In this document: one piece after another, positions 55,396-64,000 of the stretch
Position numbering within the stretch: the stretch's first letter is position 1
Layout of the letters: each line of letters begins with the position of its first letter
From: Amphiscolops sp. MND2022
Taxonomy: Eukaryota
DNA: 64,000 bases
Reading direction: 5' to 3'
Assembly: GCA_964187785.1 (NCBI GenBank)
Contig: OZ076409.1
Coordinates: forward strand, 87,546,001-87,610,000
Translations under genes and position numbers: made by a program
Notes under the pieces: generated by a model
Told to the model about the DNA's origin: nothing
Databases searched by the model: none
Seen by the model: the letters and a program-made list of their open reading frames with translations, nothing else

Positions 55396-58300
55396 GCATG
55401 CCCTTTTCAACTAATTTTTGGTACTGTGAAACTGATGAGAGTTTTTTCAATCAACTGTTTTTGAGCTATTTCGAAATACTTCACTTTTTTGAGCATTCAG
55501 CCTGGCGCCAAATTGCTTAACAAACAACAATGGATTCAAGAATGAGTAATTACGACGGTAGCGATCTAGACAGTATTCCAGACGTTTTCCCTAATCGACT
55601 TGGCAATGACATAGGAGTTGAGTTCTTCCAGCAGCAAGAAAGTGTGCATGAGCAGATAAGAATTGAACATCGTCTACCCGAAAAGAATCGACAAGTTTAC
55701 GAACATTCCAGTTTAGTTAGATCACTCACTAGGAGAATTACATCAGATTGCTGACAGTGAAGTACTTGGTTGTTTATATCAACACTTTCTATCAACCAAA
55801 CGTTACGTTTTCTGGAATGTTCCCCCTTGAAATAATGTTTTAAAACTGAAAATCAGATTTTCAAGCAAATTCAGGAAAATTTTTCGGAAAAAAACACGAA
55901 TTTTCAGAAAATACGGTTGCAACTGTATGTAGATTACCATAATAGTTTTAAACAGTTTTTTAGAATGTTTTCCAACGTTACAAAAAAATTGACACGGATG
56001 GACCTGAGAAACGGAAAAACCAGATTTCACAGATAAGTTTTAGATGAAATAGTCTCAAAAGAGTACAGAGACCAGAAAATGAACAAACCGAGTTTGAACG
56101 AAATTTAGTTTTCTCATTTCATCGATTGAATTTCCGACCACAAACGGTCATCGGTGAACAGCGATGGGGTCTCAGTTTGGGTCGGAAAACTAGAAAGTTA
56201 TGCAAAAATCACGGAAACTAGGACAATGTAATGATCCTACTATTATTGGGAAGAACTAACCAATAACCAATAAAAAAGCTAAAAATTGGTTCGTAGAAAA
56301 ACACACTGTAAAATTTTGTATGATCTGCTTCAGTAAAGCTTTAAACTTACTCAAATGTGTGGAAAATGTATTGCGGTGAATATGCGTATAAAATTGGATA
56401 ATCCGCTGCGGCAGAACAAATGGTTCGAATATAGATGCAAAGGTTGTTAAAAATTTGTAGGTTGCCGTTCGGAGTAAACAACAAAACCGAAGGAGAATAG
56501 GTCGAAGTTTTGTTTACACAGATGGCGGAGGAAGAAGAGACGTGACAGAAAAAGGTGACGAAGAGCCTTGTGGAACGAACAATTCGGCAACTTCCATAGT
56601 CTTTTTCCTTGTGTTTGTACTTGCGAATCAGAGACAATCCAGACCTTTGAATTTTATACCATTGTTCATTGGAGAATAGAAGATGTTGTCACCAAACCGC
56701 CGAATGGTATAATTTTTATAACACTGCTGCCATTGTGTATGCTAAATGACAATAGTTGTTATGTTATATTCATGTAGGTAATCATTGTGTAGTATATAAA
56801 ACGGTGTTGTAAAATGTGACGCTTGAACATCACAGCAACATTCACCCCCCCCCCTCCTTCCTCAAAATGACATTCCAAGTTGCAATTTGCTATGCATGAT
56901 TCATGGATGAAAAATATAATCTCCATTTTTTGTTATGGGAGACTGATGGAGCGAATAGGGAGAGAGATGAATATTGCAATGAGTATATCATTTGAAATAC
57001 AGAACCGAAAGAAAAGAAGAATTGCCCATCGATTACAACGTTGATCCGTCTTCATATTCAAATTCTGACCGGGACAAATCTGGTAGTTATAACCACCTGC
57101 TTCAGATTTTTGCGCCAAATTTCCCCGGGTTTCAAACAACACCCATGACAACCCGATTATTTCCCCCAGTTTGATATGTTCCCTCTTTGTTTCTCTCGAT
57201 TTGCATCGCAAAGTGGTAATTAAAGAGTCATCAAAAAATTCAGGAAACGTGGATTGTTGACAAGTTTTTTGCGCGTTTCCTTTTTCAGAGGCATCAAAAA
57301 ACGCACTTGATCACGTGATAGTGATAGAAGACGGAGTGGAGTCAATTTCTGCAAAGTGGTGCCTATCTTCAACACCTGCAAGCGTGCGACCGGTTCAGAG
57401 AAGAAATCTCGTATTCTAATCATTATCTCCAAATCCGCCGCTAGAGACAAGGCAAGAAGATTTATGCAAATTATGTGAAATAGAAACTCGATAATCAATG
57501 AAAACTGACACTTTTTTCTTTTCTGCCGCAACGAGCTGTTAAGGCTGTTCTAATGGCATTAAAATTACATAACACCTCTCCAATCCTGCGTGAAATATTC
57601 CCCAATTATGTCATATTATTTCGAGATGCCACCTTTTTTTTGCATATTCGGCTCAATCGATTTTCAAATTGACATAATTTTTTGCGGCTTCTAATTATGT
57701 TTCTAAAAACCTGCAATTTAGGTTGTCATTGAAACGGTGTCACACTATGGCGGTTGAACTAACGAGTGAAAAAAATGAATCCGCGATTGACACTTCAACT
57801 CGAGGTACCAGTAATGACATCGCGGATTTGGAAATTTTAAGCTCTTAAACACTTAAGAATGTCAACTAACTTGACTAATTCAATTTTGTTCAGTTTTTTT
57901 CACGCGAAACGTCAAACGGCCTTCTTAATTTAAGTGAGGTTCTGAAATTCTCCCGTAAGATTTATTTTGAAAAAAATCATGTTTTCAATCATTCCGCTTG
58001 TGTAAAATATCGAAAGTGTAAATGAGGGCTGGCATGGATTTCTGAATAAAGGGAAACACTTGATTAGAACTTTCATTTGTATACATTTGTTCGAAAATTT
58101 AATGAAGCACAACCAAGTTTGAAGTAAAACTTTTTTTCTACAACGCTTCCTGAAGTCGTAAGTGATATTAACCATGCTACTCTCCGCGACTCCATATGCT
58201 TATATGGAAACAACATGCGTGCATTCCACGGAAGCACCATAAAGGTTCGATGTGAAATCATACAGTGTCAGCTATTGAATGGGTTGAAGGTTCATGTTGC

Positions 58301-59067
58301 ATGATAACAACTTTTACAGAACCACGTTGACATAACTTTTCCTTGCAAGTAACTTACAAAAATCTTTCAAAGTTCTGACAAGAATTATATTTCTGTAAAA
58401 CATTGAAAGACTTTGGTGAGATCGTTGTTAGTAATGAACTGCTTTCAGAACCCATTCAAACCATGCATCTTTGTTTTTAATTGGTATAGGTAGCGGATTC
58501 GAAACGACATTTTATTCATTAGTACATGCATGTAATTTCTTATGGGTAATGAGCAACTAGAGTATTCTTACAGCTAGAGTTAGTGACACTTGATATATTT
58601 TTTACATTACTAAGATCATGGAAAAACAAACTAGTGTGACATTTTACAGCGTTTTTTAATTGAATTCCAGGCAGAACAGTTATCTCCATTTCATAATGTC
58701 ATTTCAACCATAAACTTTATAGCTCAGTAACTTACTTTCTGTCGCTATTTTGCATATTAGGAAGCATAAAATTATTAAAACTGTCATGTTTCTTGACTAA
58801 CTTGACTAGACACGCTTTATAAGAATTCATTCATTAAATCAATCAATGCTCGTTACCGTAGTTTTCAGTGCAAAACCTGAAACAGAAAAATGACAAACGT
58901 TGCATTCTGATACGACAAAAAGACTAATGAAACATCTGGTGGCGTAAAAACTTCTCAAAGCGAGTTCAAGAACGTGACATCAGACATTTCTCCAATCAAA
59001 TAACTATTGTTCAATTCTACCTGTTTTATAAGAATTGTTGTTCTCGAACGGAAGACCACCGACAATA

Positions 59068-59071
<4 letters not shown>

Positions 59072-59111
<40 letters not shown>
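59072..59111. repeat. (AG)20 microsatellite
   Basis: Directly visible. Confidence 0.97.
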
Positions 59112-59113
<2 letters not shown>

Positions 59114-59147
59114 ACAGAGGGACAGAAAGCAAGGGAAGGAAAGACAC

Positions 59148-61523
59148 AACAAGCCGGGAACGGCCAAAGTCGGCGCTATATCTAAGGCTAAAAATAGCAA
59201 CGTTTTCAAAATTGTAAAAGGGAAGACTCTTTGGGCTTTTTGAAACTTCTGTTGCAAAATTGAAGGGGGCACACTGATGCAATCCATAAACTTCCAGAAA
59301 AAGTCTCATAGTTCCGAAAAAACGAAAGGAAAAAATCAAGACAGCCAAAGGGGGATCCTCAGTACGTTTTCGAGGTTCTGGACGTCGGTTTTTTGTTTTG
59401 GATGAGTTTCTGACGTTTCGAGTATATTTATTTTGAACGTCCGTCGTTCAAGTTGTTGTTGTTGAACAAATGAACAAAAAAGTGGACCTTTCGGGCCAAA
59501 AATAAACAAGACGAGAACGTCTAAAGTCGGCGCCATATCTAAGGCTCAAAAAGCGCAAAAATTTTTTCTGGAAAAAAACTTGTAATTTTTGAAAAAGATT
59601 TTTCTTCAAAAAAAGTCGCATAGTGCCGAAAAACCTAAAAGAGGGACCCTTTGGGATGTATTAACATACATTCAGTTGCAAAATATGAAAAAACTCGAAG
59701 GGGGGCCCTTTTGGAACATTAAAGTTTTTTTCGAAAAAAGTCGCACAGTGCCGAAAAAAATCCAAAGGGGGACCCTTAAGGCACGTCCGGTTTTCTAGGT
59801 TTCCTTGAAAAAGTGAAAAAATGAAAGGGGGACCCTTTCGACTAAGTCTCCCTTGGCCGGACTTGGCCTCAGGTGGTTTCAGGATTGTTTCTAAAAAGTC
59901 GACCGATCAGTGTGAGGATTGTAGTCTGAAGAAAAAAACAAGACGGGAACGTCTAAAGTCTGCGCTATATCTAAGGCTCAAAAAGCGCAAAACATTTTTT
60001 TGAAAAAAACTTGAAATTTTCGAAAAAAATTTTCTTTCGGAAAAAAGTCGCACAGTGCCGAAAAAAATCAGAAGGGGCCACCCTTTAGCCTCGGCCGGTT
60101 TTGTAGGTTACGTTAAAAAAGTAAAAAATGAAAGGGGGGACCCTTTGGAGACAAACAAAATTTTCGAAAAAAAAGTCGCACAGTGCCAAAAAAAATCGAA
60201 AGAGGGGACTCTTTAGTCCCGTCCGGTTTTGTAGGTTACCTTGAAAAAGTAAAAAAAATGAAAGGGGGGACCCTTTGCACTAAGTTTGCCTTGGCCCCTT
60301 TGCCGGACTGGGTGCCTTAGGTGGTTTCAGGATTGTTTCTAAAAAGTGGACCGATCAGTGTGAGGATTGTAGTCTGAAGAAACAAGACGAGAACGTCTAA
60401 AGTCGGCGCCATATCTAAGGCTCAAAGAGCGTAAAACATTTTTTTGGAAAAAAATTGATATTTTTGAAAAAAAATTTTCTTTCAAAAGAAGTCGCATAGT
60501 GCCGAAAAATGTAAAAGGGGGGACCCTTCTGGATTTATTAACAAACATTCCGTTGCAAAATATCAAAAAACTCAAAGGGGGAACCCTTTGGGGACATAAA
60601 AAAATTTTCGAAAAAAAGTCGCACAGTTCCGAAAAAAATCCAAAGGGGGGACCCTTTGGGCACGTCCGGTTTTGTATGTTTCCTTGAAAAAGTAAAAAAT
60701 GAAAGGGGGGACCCTTTGGAGTAAAGTTTGCCTTGGGCGGACTTGGCCTCAGGTGCTCTGGGCAGAATTGTAAAAAGTGGACCGATCAGTGTGAGGATTG
60801 TAGTCTGAAGAAGAAAAAAAAAGGTCACTGCTATAGTCGGGCATTTTTCCTTAAAAGGAAAACGCGCCGACTAAAAACAAGACGAGAACGTCTAAAGTCG
60901 GCGCCATATCTAAGGCTCAAAAAGCGCAAAACATTTTTTTGGAAAAAAACTTGTAATTTTTGAAAAAAAATTCTTTCAAAAAAAGTCGCATAGTGCCGAA
61001 AAATGTAGAAAGGGGGACCCTTTGGGATTGATTAACATACATTCAGTTGCAAAATATGAGAAAACTCGAAGGGGGGCCCTTTTGAGACATTAAAATTTTT
61101 TTCGAAAAAAAGTCTCACAGAGTCGAAAATACTCTAAGGAGGGCGTACCCTTTGGTTCCTTTGAGTTTCTAAGATGATGTAAAAATACTACTTCGCAAGC
61201 GTTTGCGCCAGTATTTTAAATTTGCTAAGTAAGAATTGTAAGATTTTAAGATTGTAAGAATTGTAAGAAAAGTGGACCGATCAGTGTGAGGATTGTAGTC
61301 TGAAGAAAAAAAACAGTCACTGCTATAGTCGGGCATTTTTCCCTTAATGGAAAAGCGCCGACTAAAAACAGTCACTGCTATAGTCGGGCATTTTTTCCTT
61401 AATGGAAAAACGCCGACTAAAAACAGTCACTGCTATAGTCGGGCATTTTTCCCTTAATGGAAAAGCGCCGACTAAAAACTACCCACGGTAAGAGTCGGGC
61501 ACTTTTCTTAAAAGCGCCGACCA
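59148..61523. mobile_element. Head-to-tail array of Helentron/DINE-like non-autonomous elements
   Basis: AACAAG(A/C)CG.GAACG...AAAGTCGGCGC.ATATCTAAGGCT recurs at ~59148, 59504, 59937, 60381 and 60876. The terminal hairpin unit is repeated at a 55-bp period, 61314-61478. Confidence 0.75.
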
Positions 61524-62389
61524 ACGGCTATATTATATAAATATATATATTCAAGAAGGAAACAAATGTTAAGTTTTATTCTTCTTCTTCGTTTTATAAT
61601 GTAAGGTTTTTAGATTTTGGCGTTTTCATAAACATGCTACTATTTTGTGCAAAGCCAGAATATAGACAAAACTTATTTCACTTCTAACCTCGCCAATTTA
61701 GTAAACGCGGCTGAAAGGCTGACCATAGCGTGTTTTGGTAATTCTTAGTTGACAAACCGGATGTTTATTCTGTAGACGAAACTTCTCCACTCTAAACATA
61801 GGTCATGGGTTGACGTTAGCAATGTAATTGTTCGAATCGGTTAAGACCGACTTGGCCTCTTAGAGCGAAATTTACTGAGTTCCACTTTTTTGCGAATTTA
61901 TTTTCAGATCCTAAATCGGACAACCAAGCATGGTCGATCTTCAAAACCCCCAATTTCGGTCATCTCAGAGACTACTAATCGCAGAGACATGAAATTTGGG
62001 ACGCATATACATGATAAGATGTTCTAATTGTTTATGAAGTTGGAACCTACTGGCTCCGGATTGCTAGCACCGGAAGAGCACTAGTTCCACCACAAAGGGT
62101 GCGTGGGCAATACGATGTAATAATGAACATGTTCAATGTAACTACTTGCTCATGAAACCATGATTTAAATCACAGAACCTTTCGGTATCCTATACTATAG
62201 ATAGCTAAAACTTTCAATGAAATAGTTCAAGACAAAAAACTGAAATGATTGTTACTAGAAAATATTGTTGTCGAATATGTCAAAGTTATCGAAATCGAAA
62301 CCATTTATACCATTTTACGTAAACCATGTTAATGTAAAAATTAAAAAAATTAATAGGTTATAGAAACTGTAAAAGTTATGCATAAATGA

Positions 62390-63115
62390 AACAAGACGGG
62401 AGCGTCTAAAGTCGGCGCTATATCTAAGGGTCAAAAGCGCAATGTTCTTAAAATTGTAAAAGGGGTGACCCTTTGGGTTTTTGACAATCCAGTTTGTTGC
62501 AAAATATAATAAAAAAACGGATAATGAGAATTTTGAGTCTCATTGTGCCAAAAGCCCTGAAAGTCACTTCCGTCAACCTTCTGGACATCTTCGGCTTCGA
62601 AGTTTTCCCCAAAAACAGCTTCGAGCAGTTATGCATCAACTTCGCCAACGAATCCCTGCAGCAGTTGTTCATAAAGGGCATTTTCAAAACTGAACAGGTT
62701 CGTTGCGTCACTTCAAATGAAACAAGACGGGAACGTCTAAAGTCGGTGCTATATCTAAGGCTCAAAAAGCTTTTTTTAAGTATTGTAAAAGGGGGCTTCA
62801 GCTTGCTGTATCAAAAGTATCAAAAACACTTGAAGGGGGACCTTTTGGAGACAAAAAAAGTTCGAAAAAAGTCGCACAGGGCCGAAAAAAATTCAAAGGG
62901 GGACCCCATAGTCGTCCGGTTTTGTTTCTTTCGTTAAAAAATGAGTAAGTGAAAGGGGGACCCTTTGCACTAACTTAGATGCCTTCACGGTTCCAGTAGT
63001 TTAGTAGTTCTGTAAAAAGTGTCCACTACGCATAGATTCTGTTGTCTGACGAAAAAAAAACTAGTCACTGAAATAGTCGGTCGTTTTTCTTAAAGGAAAA
63101 GGCGCCGACTAAAAA
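62390..63115. mobile_element. Two Helentron/DINE-like copies flanking a myosin exon
   Basis: Family start at 62390 (truncated ~62550) and 62721; family end GGCGCCGACTAAAAA at ~63115. Confidence 0.7.
62554..62697 (+). CDS. Myosin motor-domain exon/fragment (switch II and relay helix)
   Basis: [42 protein letters not shown] followed by donor CAG|GTTCGT. 5' boundary uncertain. Confidence 0.88.
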
Positions 63116-64000
63116 TCCAAAGGCTTGTTGTCTTTCTTATTCAGTAAAGTGTGGTTGCTTAGCCGTTGAAATAACTACATCATTAATATGACTCAACAGG
63201 ATAAGATCCATACGATTGAAGATGAAACATACCCGTTCAAGTCTTTAGAAATGCTGTTCTTTTCCTTTGATGATAGCAAAATTGACCATGAATATTATAG
63301 CATTCATGCTCGATTGCATGCGCAAAATTAATCTCGAGTTAATGACACGAATTCTGAATTAGCTTGAATACTAGAATGCTAGAATCAAATGAAGCTTGAG
63401 AATTCGCATTTGGGACGAGAAATGAATATAAAAATTGTTATTCCATAAGGTAACAGAAGCTTATAAGTGAAATAAAGTTTAGAAAAGGAATTAAAAGAAG
63501 TCGAAAAAGGTAACTTACCGTAGGACGGAGTCCAAATTTTACGACTTGTTAATCAATCTTTATTTTGGGTAAAGGTAGTAAAACTCCTCAGCTATAGTCA
63601 CCGCTTCTGCAATGGTGCACTGCGGTGGCTTAAGAGATGGTTGCGGGAAGGTTGGCGATAAGCCCAGAAGCGAGAGAAAACTGAATCGATTAGCAACGCG
63701 TATCAGGTAGGTGAGTTTTCCATCCAATACTGCAACAGCAGAATCACAAAAATTGTGAGGAAAAGAAGGAATGAACAAGGAAAAGGCGCGTGGACAACCA
63801 CAGAGCAGCCGTTGTGATTGTATAACTGCAGATATACAAATGCACAAATTCTGCCTTGCTCCTCGTTTTTTCTCTCTCTTTTATCCACCAGAGTTGTTCA
63901 CTTCACTTGTCCCATGATTGGAAAGAGTTTAGTGAAAATGGACCACATAACTCAGCCAAATGTCAGCTTGTGTGAATCCATTTTGTCCACACTAAATGTA

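Noticed and set aside
55504..55754. TGGCGCC PBS-like motif followed by a 74-aa ORF (possible gag relic)
   Set aside because: No LTR or diagnostic domain could be supported.
59007..59243. ORFs with ERERER repeats
   Set aside because: Translation of the (AG)n microsatellite plus repeat sequence.
59500..61520. CRISPR-like regularly repeated motifs
   Set aside because: Eukaryotic context, the spacers are themselves repeated, and there are no cas genes; this is a transposon-derived tandem array.

Overview
AT-rich, intron-containing animal-type genomic DNA dominated by transposons. Host coding sequence: a complete 4-exon PKA-catalytic-subunit-like kinase gene (minus, 19-5827) and one isolated myosin motor-domain exon (62554-62697). 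Mobile content: (1) an intact 5.9-kb Ty3/gypsy LTR element (7531-13463; identical-looking LTRs, GCATG target-site duplication, RT motif WLDD instead of YxDD) and an older RT-deleted sister copy (39970-45068); (2) a young 16.3-kb Ty3/gypsy element (18008-34282; ~1.85-kb LTRs, CGAGT target-site duplication). Besides frameshift-linked gag-pol, this large element carries a cargo cassette: a 6-exon antisense gene encoding a ~1270-aa zinc-finger protein that looks like a catalytically dead hAT transposase, and a divergently oriented 261-aa ORF with SUMO-interaction and RxL-like motifs that runs into the 3' LTR. Gag starts inside the LTR and reads through the PBS, and there is no canonical polypurine tract. 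This element is the best candidate for an undescribed system; (3) a decayed LINE, many copies and a tandem array of a Helentron/DINE-like non-autonomous repeat, and palindromic MITE-like elements. All family and domain calls come from reading motifs by eye; no database searches were run.
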